A DNA stretch of 54,220 nt from Trypethelium eluteriae (Eukaryota). The notes below the pieces were generated by a model. That model did no database searches, was not told the DNA's origin, and saw only the letters and a list, made by a program, of their open reading frames with translations. Of this stretch, positions 11,731-21,075 are shown piece after piece; positions within the stretch are counted from its first letter, which is position 1; the number at the start of each line of letters is the position of its first letter. Position numbers and translations under genes: made by a program. Where the stretch lies: NCBI GenBank assembly GCA_051942245.1, contig JAVECL010000099.1:1-54220 (forward strand), read 5' to 3'.

Positions 11731-13236
11731 TCAGCTCTTCGGTTTGGCGAAGTAGTTCATCAGTGTATTTTTCTGCTTTGCAGTCCCGTTCTTGGTGTTC
11801 TTCCGCGGGCTCCCATTCGTCTCCGCTGGTTTGGATACCTTCTCACCGACACGCATGCTGGCCATGAGCTCCTCGAATTCGTCGTGGTTTACGATTCCAC
11901 CGCTTGCCACAGTATGACCGTGTGCGAAGTCTTCACCAAGACGCTCAACAAGAGTCCCGCTAGGAGCGTCTGCTGCATACTGCTTGAGTGCCACGATGAT
12001 GTCCACTGGTGGGTCCCGCGAGCGGGCACAACGTGGCACCCGACAGGAGAAGTTGACTTTGCCTGGGAGATACCCGGAATTCGCGACCAGTATGAAATCA
12101 AGTTTATTGGAATTTAGGTGACCAGCCTGCGATTCATAAGTGATCAGGCGGGATTCTCTAGCAATTGCAGAGGTTCTTACCCATCTTGTTGCAATGATAG
12201 GGTGGACCTGCGCAGCACTCTCTATTCGGAAGACTGCGACTTTTCCGTCCGGTGTGAACTTGGGAGCAGTATGAGTACATCGCTCTACCTCATCGCCGAC
12301 CTCACGTCTGGCTGCTAACAGTCTTGGATGTTTGAGCACGTCTGCTGGTCCGGCACTACTAAGTAAGATATCCCAAGCAGAGCGAACGTCGTAGGTCGCA
12401 GTCCTTCTCGGAGCATTTATGGATGACACAGCATCATTCAAGGCCTTCTTAGTGTATTTCTTGAAGGTATCTTTCATGTCTGGAAACGGTGCCTCCCATT
12501 TTAAAGTTGTTCCAAGATCGCCGTGAGTTCCCATAACGCACAGCCAGTCACATTGCGTTGCAACGTCGGAATGTAGAGGCTCGCAGAGCAAATAGGTCAA
12601 TAATGAGCTAGTAACAACAGGTGGTGAATGGCATGCATTTATAAACAGGGCGCTTTCAGGAAAATCTTCAAGCTCGGCGTGGTGATGATCGATAACGAGG
12701 GCTTTGTGGGGACTATCTATGACTGGTGGAGACTTTCGCGAGCCTTGATCGAGAATGATAATGTAAGATGGATTTGAAGCTTTCATAGCAGTACGTTCAC
12801 TGGTGGAGTGAATGGTGTTTCCTTTCTCAATAAGGTGGACATCGATAAGTGTGGGATCCAGACCAAGTGCTACTAGGGTACGATGTAGAATCGCACCTGA
12901 AGCCAAGCCATCCGTATCTTTGTCGGGAACAATGAGGGCTCTCTCATTGGATTTGGCACATTCGATGATGAAGTCAGTCGCTGTCCTGATTTGGTCTTCA
13001 GGTGCAGGCCAGATGATCTCTCCACTGCCGTCGCGGGCTGGCGTAGCAAGATGGTACTCCGGTACTTCAGGCCTTTTTCTTTTGGTTGGCGTACTCGGAT
13101 TTGGTGCAGCTTTGCGCTTCATATTTGGACTAGACTGTGAACTGATGCACCGAAAAATGGAAGGCGAGAGCAGGTAGGACTTAAGAGACAATGAACGAGT
13201 CAAAGAGCGATGGCATGGCCTTCGTGATAGAAGCAT
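11731..13236 (-). CDS. DHH-family phosphoesterase (RecJ-like)
   Basis: Motif I PDKDTDG, motif II ILDQG, motif III IDHHH, GTHGDLG, and a C-terminal DHHA1-like NFSCR...AHGHTVASGG. Probable 54-nt in-frame intron 12127-12180. In-frame ATGs at 13236 and 13122. Confidence 0.85.
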   Translation of the reverse strand: MLLSRRPCHRSLTRSLSLKSYLLSPSIFRCISSQSSPNMKRKAAPNPSTPTKRKRPEVPEYHLATPARDGSGEIIWPAPEDQIRTATDFIIECAKSNERALIVPDKDTDGLASGAILHRTLVALGLDPTLIDVHLIEKGNTIHSTSERTAMKASNPSYIIILDQGSRKSPPVIDSPHKALVIDHHHAELEDFPESALFINACHSPPVVTSSLLTYLLCEPLHSDVATQCDWLCVMGTHGDLGTTLKWEAPFPDMKDTFKKYTKKALNDAVSSINAPRRTATYDVRSAWDILLSSAGPADVLKHPRLLAARREVGDEVERCTHTAPKFTPDGKVAVFRIESAAQVHPIIATRWVRTSAIARESRLITYESQAGHLNSNKLDFILVANSGYLPGKVNFSCRVPRCARSRDPPVDIIVALKQYAADAPSGTLVERLGEDFAHGHTVASGGIVNHDEFEELMASMRVGEKVSKPAETNGSPRKNTKNGTAKQKNTLMNYFAKPKS

Positions 13237-14215
13237 TGACCATGAGCCGAATGTTCGCCAAAACTCCAATTGCTGTTAAAGACACAAGCTTTTCCTTTCG
13301 AGTTGGCACAAATTATTCAAAGACGTCTCACTCCATGTAAACAAGTCCACTTTGTGTAAGGGAATTATACCGTAGGCCCTGCCTTCCTGTGCTTGGGTAC
13401 GAAGTACTCTGCATATGACGTCAACATAATCGTTTTGTCACTTCGTTCTCTAAGCCACCAGAAGTTCACAACTTTACCTACAAAACTAAGACTCCATCTA
13501 AATTTGATACGCGAAGACATGCCTCCGACCCAGCTCGGCCACGCTTTTTAAGCCGAGTCTGAAACTTGCAGAACCGATAGATTCACTAACTTCTGCGGGT
13601 CCGGATAAGCAGAGTTTCCTGCTGAAAATGCAGTGATGTGGTGGCCTGCCATCACAGGCCACGACACTCTATGACGAATCAAGGGAATCAGGATGCGAAG
13701 ATAGAAAAAGCAAAAATAGGCTTGCATGTGCAACGAAAATGCTGGTAGCCTCATCCCGGCAAAGTTGCACCACTCCCCGGTAATTACTCCAAGGCTTCGT
13801 TCGCATTCGCACGTTCGCGTCTCGCAAAACAACACTCGGAGTCGCGTGAAGTTCCGACGGCCAGCTCAGGCAACCTCTGCACCTTCTGTATGGTGCTACT
13901 TGCTCGCGAAACTGCTCGGATCGGGCATGTCATGCGATTCGCCAGTGTCATCAGACTAGCTTTTCACACCTATTCATCGAGCCGAGGTCCAAGGTCTGGA
14001 GCAGATACAGTACTGATTTTCACATTGCACCTTTTCCATGCCATTGCCTCTCGTTTTTTTGTTATCCTGACAATACCTTCGTTGAAGAAGTCGGTTCGAG
14101 ACGATTTCAGCGCTCGACTGGCTGGTCTTTAAATTTTCTTTTGTTTTCTCTCAGGTAGGGATTATCAAGAAAAGTACTCTGGTGGCAAATTTCACTGTTG
14201 CAAGAATCCAATAAA

Positions 14216-14263
14216 ATGAACGGCTCAATGAACGGCTCCATGAACGGTACGATGAACGGCACT
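14216..14263 (+). repeat. 12-nt coding tandem repeat, four copies (MNGS/MNGT)
   Basis: ATGAACGGCTCA ATGAACGGCTCC ATGAACGGTACG ATGAACGGCACT. Confidence 0.9.
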
Positions 14264-15727
14264 GCGAAGGGCGAGGATAATTTCTGGGACGTGGTGATTG
14301 TTGGTGCTGGTATATCTGGAATTAATTCCGCATATCGTATCCAAACTCAACTTCCAGATCAAAGCTACACTATCCTCGAAGCACGTGGGGGCATTGGAGG
14401 AACTTGGGATCTTTTCAAGTATCCCGGTATACGGTCCGATTCCGACTTACATACCTTTGGTTTCCCTTGGAGGCCATGGCAGGAGCAAAGAGCAATTGCT
14501 GATGGTGCTTCCATCAAAAAGTATGTTCGGGAGACAGCCTCACTATATGGGATTGATCAACGTATCCAGTATCATCACAAGGTGACAAGCATAGACTGGT
14601 CTTCTGATGAACAGTCCTGGACGCTCACAGTGGATGTCGATGGAAAGACAAAATATTTCTATGCCCATTTCTTAATTCTTAGTACGGGCTACTACGACTA
14701 TGCACAGCCTCTGCCCGCCGTCATTCCCGGCATGGAAAACTTCAAAGGCACCGTCATCCACCCACAATTCTGGCCCGACGACATCGATTATACAGACAAG
14801 AACATCGTCATCATCGGCAGCGGCGCCACGGCCGTCACCCTCTTACCCAGCCTCGCAGAGAAAGCCTCCAAAGTCACCATGATCCAACGCAGTCCCGGCT
14901 ACCTGCTGTCCCTGCCCAACCCGGGCGGCGACACCTGGCTCTCGCACGTGCTCCCGCGCTGGCTCTCCAGCAGGATCAACCGCATCCGCTTCCTGATCGT
15001 CCCCTTCCTCTTCTACCACTTCTGCCGCGCCTTCCCCAACGCTGCCCGTCGCGCCCTCCGCCGCGTCACCACCCGGCAACTCCCCAAGACGATTCCACAC
15101 GACCCGCACTTCGAGCCGACGTACAACCCGTGGGAGCAGCGGCTGTGCGTCTGCCCGGACGGCGACTTCTACCGCTCGCTGCGCTCCGGTCGCGCGGATA
15201 TCGCTACCGGCACCATTAGCCGCGTGACCGCCGACGGGGTGACGCTTGACTCCGGCGTCCACGTCCCCGCTGACCTGATTGTCACGGCGACGGGGCTGAA
15301 GATCCAGCTCGCCGGGGGTGCACGCGTCGATGTCGACCACAAGCCGCTGGATCTCGCGAGCAAGATCCTCTGGAAGGGCGTCATGCTGCAGGACGTGCCG
15401 AATCTGGCGTTTGTGATAGGCTACGCGAATGCGAGCTGGACGCTCGGCGCCGACGCGACGGCGCTGCTGGTGTGCAGGCTTATGAAGGCGATGGGGAAGC
15501 GCGGGTGGTCGAGTGCGGTGCCCCGGCTGCAGGAGGATGGCGAGATGATGAAGAGGATGCCGGTGTTGAATCTGAACTCGACGTATGTGCTGCGCGCGAT
15601 GGACACGATGCCGAAGGCTGGCGATCGGGGTCAGTGGAAGGCGAGGGATAATTATTTTACGGATCTGTGGAATGCGAAGTTTGGGGATATTGAGACGGGG
15701 CTGGAATTTCAGAAGGTGCCGACGTGA
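14216..15727 (+). CDS. FAD/NADPH-dependent Baeyer-Villiger-type monooxygenase (EthA/MymA-like)
   Basis: Rossmann motifs VVIVGAGISG and IVIIGSGATA, GGTWDLFKYPGIRSDSD, BVMO fingerprint FKGTVIHPQFWP, PWEQRLC, VTATG and GYANASWTLGAD. No intron in the CDS; a possible 5'-UTR intron at 13888-14154. Confidence 0.92.
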   Translation: MNGSMNGSMNGTMNGTAKGEDNFWDVVIVGAGISGINSAYRIQTQLPDQSYTILEARGGIGGTWDLFKYPGIRSDSDLHTFGFPWRPWQEQRAIADGASIKKYVRETASLYGIDQRIQYHHKVTSIDWSSDEQSWTLTVDVDGKTKYFYAHFLILSTGYYDYAQPLPAVIPGMENFKGTVIHPQFWPDDIDYTDKNIVIIGSGATAVTLLPSLAEKASKVTMIQRSPGYLLSLPNPGGDTWLSHVLPRWLSSRINRIRFLIVPFLFYHFCRAFPNAARRALRRVTTRQLPKTIPHDPHFEPTYNPWEQRLCVCPDGDFYRSLRSGRADIATGTISRVTADGVTLDSGVHVPADLIVTATGLKIQLAGGARVDVDHKPLDLASKILWKGVMLQDVPNLAFVIGYANASWTLGADATALLVCRLMKAMGKRGWSSAVPRLQEDGEMMKRMPVLNLNSTYVLRAMDTMPKAGDRGQWKARDNYFTDLWNAKFGDIETGLEFQKVPT

Positions 15728-16329
15728 ATGAAGAGAGTTGCGGCGGAGGTGATAAGGGATACGGCGAGCTATTGCTGAGCTGCATTGATTCTCATGGCGA
15801 TGGCTAGTTGATAAACGGTAATGATTGGTGTTGGGAGTGTACTAGAAATATCGTTCTGGTTTTCATTTAACTGTAATTTGTACTGTGACCTCCTGCCGGT
15901 CGCAAAGGGTTACAAAGGCATCGTTCCGTACATGAAGTCATGGCCTTCGTCCAAATAGATACATCTCAGTGTACTTCAAACATTTGCTGGGCTTGCGCAA
16001 CTTAAAAATAGCTTTGCTTCAGCTTGCGACCCTGTGTTTTCCGCTTCAAGCCACGCTATGCATGACTGACAAGACTCTGTTGTTGAGATTACCTGCTCTC
16101 CACATGAAGAAAATGATGATAGATGAGAGATGTACAAAGAACCAGTCAAGAGAAATTATTGCATGAGAAATACGAAATTCAATCGTATCCTTCTCGCTTC
16201 AACGCTCCACGAAAACATAAAGCCAACCTACCCGCCCAATTCCCCGATGCCCGGAAAGTATATGCAGTCGTGTACATACAATATAATACAGATAACGCAA
16301 GTTTCACATTAGCGTAAAGTGTGTGCCTT

Positions 16330-19300
16330 TCATACCGACACTGTTCGTCTCACAGCCATATTTGGTTTTTGTGCATAGCATATCAGCAGCTTGAAGCTCG
16401 TGCCGAGCTCTTCGCACTCGCGCAGGAAGGCTGGGTCATCCCAGATGCTCTTGCTTGCATCTCCGTCAGATAGGAAGGGTGTCTCGTAGCAGCTCGACCA
16501 CCACCATCGCCCTACCCGAGCGACCATTTTAGCAATGCCAACGCCGCTGTCCTTTGTGTCGGCATTGGACTTGAAGATGTCGCCAAAAGAAGCATTAGAC
16601 TTTCTTGATTCGCCTTTTGCTTGTGCACCTTTTCCAGCACTTGTCCTGTCCGTTGGTACCTGCTTAGCCTTATCAGAGCCGCACGTGGACGCACTCTTGT
16701 CGCCATTCTCGGAGGATGCAGGAGAGGAGACAGGGGTCCCCAAAATACCAGCCGCCGGCACACCCACCATGCATCGATTAATACTTTCGTATCCCCGCAT
16801 GCCCAGCAATCGAATCATGCTGTCGCTCTTGGGCTTTAAACACACGTCACGCTGTGCTGCCTGCATCTTCATCTTCAGCTGTCGCACCGCACGTCTCGCC
16901 CTGCTGCCCATGTTGACCATGTCGATGTCGAGAACTGACAGCTCTAGATGACCTCCGGGTCGTAAGACTCGCTTACACTCCGAGAGTGCAGCACGATAGG
17001 TGGCTTCAGAAGCGCCGATCGGGAACCGGAAGATCACGACAGCGAAGAAGCCACGTGGAAAGGGGTAGGGGTGAGAGATAGAAGCATGGTGGATATGGCG
17101 GTGATTGGGCAGTGACTGCCAAGAGCTGCGTGGGTTTGTTTGGGAGGATGTCGGGGTAGAACCTAAATTGTAGACGGTTGCCTTAGGGTACGTCAGAGCA
17201 CAGTAGTAGGACCAATCCTTGCCCAAGCCGTCAACAATGAGCACGCGGTTATTTTTGCCATCTTTGATTTCAGAGTGAGCAGGACTGAAAAGTACGCGGC
17301 CAAAAGACAGCCATTTACTAGTCATCAAAGCCCCAAAGCGGAGATTTGCCTCTTCCATTCTATCTTCACTTTCGCGCTTGACAGGCTTGGTGGTGGTCGG
17401 AGCAGGCAGGCTGAACTCCGTAGCCGTGGCAGACAGGGAGTGACTGGAGCTGACCGGAGATTGAGCAGTGGGAGATAGACTGAAGCGCGTTCCTGTGGAA
17501 CTGCATCTTGTCGAGGGAGGTAGGCTTAGTCTGTCCTTTTTTCGCTCACTGCTTACGCTAACGTTTCTCTCGGCATATCCTTTGATCAGCTCAGTAAACC
17601 CCGATTCGCGTGTGCCATCGGAATGGAGCGCAGACAGGAAACTTGATCGCTGTTGTCGTAAGTGCGAAATTGTCAACGGAGCTGTCGATGATCGACGAAT
17701 CGGATCAGCAAATGCGTCAGTGTCGGCCTCGTTATCAGCAATGGCTTTGCCTTGCTCGACGCAAGCGTCCTTTGAGGCCCCACTTTTGGGAGACAAGGCT
17801 GTCTGATACTGAAAAGGTGCCCCAAGGGCAGATTTTGCAGAGCAGGGCTCGTCGACTGGAGATAGAACATCGTCTATAAGATCATCGTATTCATTCCATA
17901 CTTCCTCCGAAGCTGAAGCTGCAGTGGTCTGTGGTGAGAAGACCCAGGGCTGGCCTGGAAAGCTACCGGTACCTGAACTACTTGTGTAAGAAAGCTCAGA
18001 GTTTTGTCGCGGAGGAAACGAGAAGAACTCTGGTGGTTTTGTGACATCTGCAGTGCATATACTTGTTGCAGCCGCTATCGCCTGGCTTCGACCAACCGCC
18101 TCTTTTCCAGAGTCAGATTTCCCGGGTGAGCCTTTATCCGCTCTGGATTCCCGTCTGGCCTTGATTGGGCTTGTTGAGCTGTTGACAGGATCAGCGTGTG
18201 CTTTATTGCTCACATTAGGCCGCGGCTGGTTATTAACAAATGGTCTCGAGAAAGACTGGGTTGGGAGTTTTCGGTCACGGTCTCGTTTCGAAACAACTTG
18301 AGGTATTCGACCAACTTGGGCCAGCCTGCTAGGTCGTCCAGGGGAGTCGGACGGAGACTCTTGCGGCGAGTAAAGGGGTGTGGAAGGCGGAACACTTGTC
18401 TTGAGGATCGGTTTGGACGGCGATGATGGTTCCTGAATGACCTTGCTAACGTCCTTCAGCACAGTCGATCCCTTCGATGTTGGACTTGCGCCCTCGCGTT
18501 GAGGGTGGAGATCAATCTTCATCAAACGATCCTGGGCGGCAAACGGTCGGTCCAGTGTGGGCGGTGACGGTAAGAGAATGGAATGGACTTGCCGTCGGCC
18601 AGCTCGCAATGAGGCAGCGTCATCGACAGACGTCTCAGCATTCCTCCTATCCACTTCCCCGAAAGGAACGGTAGGGTTTGACAAAATGCCTACCGGTGGG
18701 CCTGACTGCAGTGGGTTGTAATCAGTCTCCTCGACAGAAGAATAACCTTCCCCATCCTGCATCATTCTGTCAAGATCTTCCATGTCTAGCCGTTCTTCAT
18801 TGTTGATCATGGCATAATGAGGGCCAAAATGATCCAAATGTTGACGAGCATCCTGTGTTGGCTTTGGTACCACCTGCTCCTTTTTCGATGAATTGTGTGT
18901 CCTTTGGAAAAAGTTCCAGCGTTTCACTGCCTTCGATGCAGTCTTTCCCTCGTCGATTTTAGATTTGTTAACAACTTTGACTGAAACGGGGTTTGTATGA
19001 CCGTTGCTGGCAGGTTCTGGTGGCTGCTGTCCAAGGAGTCTACCTTTGAGTGGCGAAGGTGAACGAAATGGACGCATCTTGGATTTCGGTGGTAACGATG
19101 GCTTTTCTTCGCTGCTTCTTCTCGAATCTCCCTCGGAGAGCTGGGTAGTACTCGGGTTGCTTGTGCTGCTCACGAAATCCCAACTGGTGCGGTCGCTTTT
19201 GATTGAGCCACCTTCACCACGAAGGAAGACTGGAGTAAGTCGTTCCGACAAGAACTCGTCCATCGGCGTGTCTCCGCTGTTACTGCCAAAGCTACTCTTA

Positions 19301-21075
19301 CGGTTTGACATAGATCCTCCAACGCTTCCAGCTGCACTATCGGCACTTGGAGATCGTCCAATGCTGTCCGTGCTAGAAGAGCTCACTCTACGACCGCGCA
19401 GAGGTCGTCTTCCATATCCCTCATGACCAGTTCCTGCCATCGGTCCTTTCCTGGCCTCTCTTTTCGGTCGCTCGAGAGCTGCTGCGTTGTCACCTTTTGC
19501 GCGTCTTGAGAAGAAGCCGAAGCGAGACACCTTGTTGTGATTGTCTGCTGCTGACGTTGCAATCGCTTCTTGTGATTCACTGCTGCTCCTTGTGGTCTGA
19601 GCATCGCTTGAGGCGACGACGGAAGGATTAATGGGCACATTCAATGGTGTTGTGGATCTTGAATGTGGAATGGTAGCTGGAGAGGGATTTCTGGATGAGA
19701 AGTTCGCAGGCTTTTGAAGCCGAGCTCTTCGAACATCGTTCTTCGAGGAAGATATGCTATTAGAGGATTCATTGGACGGACTGGTGACAATTTTGTTTTC
19801 AGAGGAGCTCTGCCGTTTGTGGTATGAGTTGAAGAAAGGCGATAGGTTACTCTGGACAATAGGTGATGGTTCTCGTGATCCAAGAGTTGGCGTGCCATCC
19901 CTGCTTGGTCTGACCGGCCGCTCAGGCTTGCTAGACCCTTTGAGAGGAGGAGGATCATTGAGAAGATGCGCAAGTTCCGGAGGAGCCTGGAAATTTGGAC
20001 GATCTTTCGTTCTCTGTCGCGCGTCTTGTTTCCCTACTTCTTTCGTGGGCTCCTGAGCACGTTCTGTTGCTATGGATGACGATGAAGCGGATGTTTCTTG
20101 CACAGCCGAGAGTCTTTGTGTCTCGGTGACTGTGGAAGACTGATCCGGAGCCATTTTCCGACGAACAAATGGTAGCCCACTCTGCTGTGCAGGACTGATG
20201 GTACGCGCGCGTGGTACGAATTTTGAAGATAAAACACCAGGGGAATAGGACGACATAGATGTGGGTGTTGAGGCATGACTAAACAAGCCTGGCGACTCAG
20301 AGCATCGAGTTGAGGGACTTCCGCACAAAGGGATGCTGGGCGTATGTGGGGCTCCGGTGACCTCAGTGGCACGCGATTCGGAACTGGTATGAACTTCTGG
20401 ACCAGTTCCAACTTTGGCAGACTCTGATCCTGCGCCAGGGAGAGGCTCTGGGGACATTGATCGTGGGGAGGCTGACGGCATCGATATACCCAGTATGGAA
20501 CCTTCCCAAGGAGGGTTATCAGACTTTGGTATGCTCCCTACTTCTGGACTCGATATGAAGCTTCCCTGCTCTCCATGTCCCCTGCCAGCATACTTGTCAA
20601 TGGTAGATGGTTTCCTCCTTAGCGTGTTCTTGCGCGAGCTATCGTTGGTGGAAATGGATGAGCCAGAAGTAAGAGAAGGTGTGTGTACGTCCGCATTCAT
20701 CATGCTGCCCTCTCGCGGAATCTGAATGGCCGGTGTCCTAGGCTTCACTGAAGAAGTTTTCCAAGCAGATTGTGCAGGCTTTTGTCCATTCACGTGGCCA
20801 GTACTCTGGGATTTGGATGCGAGAAGGTTCGGCATCGTATTATTCTGCCGAACTGGCCGCCTCGACACTGTTATCGATGTATTGTCTGTGGAGTTCTCTC
20901 CGCGAAATGGTTGCGACGAGGACCGTGGAGGATAGCTGCCATTTGCTGTTGTAGATGCAATACCTCTTGTAGGAAGCCTTGACTGAGGTATGCGTGAATT
21001 TCCTGGTCGCGAAATTTCAGGACGAATCAGGCCGCTTGAAGGGGATTTGTGAGACGTCATGCCGGGCGCTTGCAT
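16330..21075 (-). CDS. Large Ser/Pro-rich disordered protein with a C-terminal class I SAM-methyltransferase-like domain
   Basis: Uninterrupted ORF of about 1580 aa from the first ATG (21075). The C-terminus has LRFGALMTSKWLSFGRVLFSPAH, RVLIVDGLGKDWSYYCA, YPFPRGFFAVVIFRFP and ECKRVLRPGGHLELSVLD. A probable 5'-UTR intron lies near 21192-21239. Confidence 0.8.
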   Translation of the reverse strand: MQAPGMTSHKSPSSGLIRPEISRPGNSRIPQSRLPTRGIASTTANGSYPPRSSSQPFRGENSTDNTSITVSRRPVRQNNTMPNLLASKSQSTGHVNGQKPAQSAWKTSSVKPRTPAIQIPREGSMMNADVHTPSLTSGSSISTNDSSRKNTLRRKPSTIDKYAGRGHGEQGSFISSPEVGSIPKSDNPPWEGSILGISMPSASPRSMSPEPLPGAGSESAKVGTGPEVHTSSESRATEVTGAPHTPSIPLCGSPSTRCSESPGLFSHASTPTSMSSYSPGVLSSKFVPRARTISPAQQSGLPFVRRKMAPDQSSTVTETQRLSAVQETSASSSSIATERAQEPTKEVGKQDARQRTKDRPNFQAPPELAHLLNDPPPLKGSSKPERPVRPSRDGTPTLGSREPSPIVQSNLSPFFNSYHKRQSSSENKIVTSPSNESSNSISSSKNDVRRARLQKPANFSSRNPSPATIPHSRSTTPLNVPINPSVVASSDAQTTRSSSESQEAIATSAADNHNKVSRFGFFSRRAKGDNAAALERPKREARKGPMAGTGHEGYGRRPLRGRRVSSSSTDSIGRSPSADSAAGSVGGSMSNRKSSFGSNSGDTPMDEFLSERLTPVFLRGEGGSIKSDRTSWDFVSSTSNPSTTQLSEGDSRRSSEEKPSLPPKSKMRPFRSPSPLKGRLLGQQPPEPASNGHTNPVSVKVVNKSKIDEGKTASKAVKRWNFFQRTHNSSKKEQVVPKPTQDARQHLDHFGPHYAMINNEERLDMEDLDRMMQDGEGYSSVEETDYNPLQSGPPVGILSNPTVPFGEVDRRNAETSVDDAASLRAGRRQVHSILLPSPPTLDRPFAAQDRLMKIDLHPQREGASPTSKGSTVLKDVSKVIQEPSSPSKPILKTSVPPSTPLYSPQESPSDSPGRPSRLAQVGRIPQVVSKRDRDRKLPTQSFSRPFVNNQPRPNVSNKAHADPVNSSTSPIKARRESRADKGSPGKSDSGKEAVGRSQAIAAATSICTADVTKPPEFFSFPPRQNSELSYTSSSGTGSFPGQPWVFSPQTTAASASEEVWNEYDDLIDDVLSPVDEPCSAKSALGAPFQYQTALSPKSGASKDACVEQGKAIADNEADTDAFADPIRRSSTAPLTISHLRQQRSSFLSALHSDGTRESGFTELIKGYAERNVSVSSERKKDRLSLPPSTRCSSTGTRFSLSPTAQSPVSSSHSLSATATEFSLPAPTTTKPVKRESEDRMEEANLRFGALMTSKWLSFGRVLFSPAHSEIKDGKNNRVLIVDGLGKDWSYYCALTYPKATVYNLGSTPTSSQTNPRSSWQSLPNHRHIHHASISHPYPFPRGFFAVVIFRFPIGASEATYRAALSECKRVLRPGGHLELSVLDIDMVNMGSRARRAVRQLKMKMQAAQRDVCLKPKSDSMIRLLGMRGYESINRCMVGVPAAGILGTPVSSPASSENGDKSASTCGSDKAKQVPTDRTSAGKGAQAKGESRKSNASFGDIFKSNADTKDSGVGIAKMVARVGRWWWSSCYETPFLSDGDASKSIWDDPAFLRECEELGTSFKLLICYAQKPNMAVRRTVSV

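Noticed and set aside
14843..15606. Long antisense ORFs over the BVMO (similar ones occur over AP-2 alpha, PLPBP and TACC)
   Set aside because: These are expected shadows of GC-rich, codon-biased coding strands and have no recognisable motifs.
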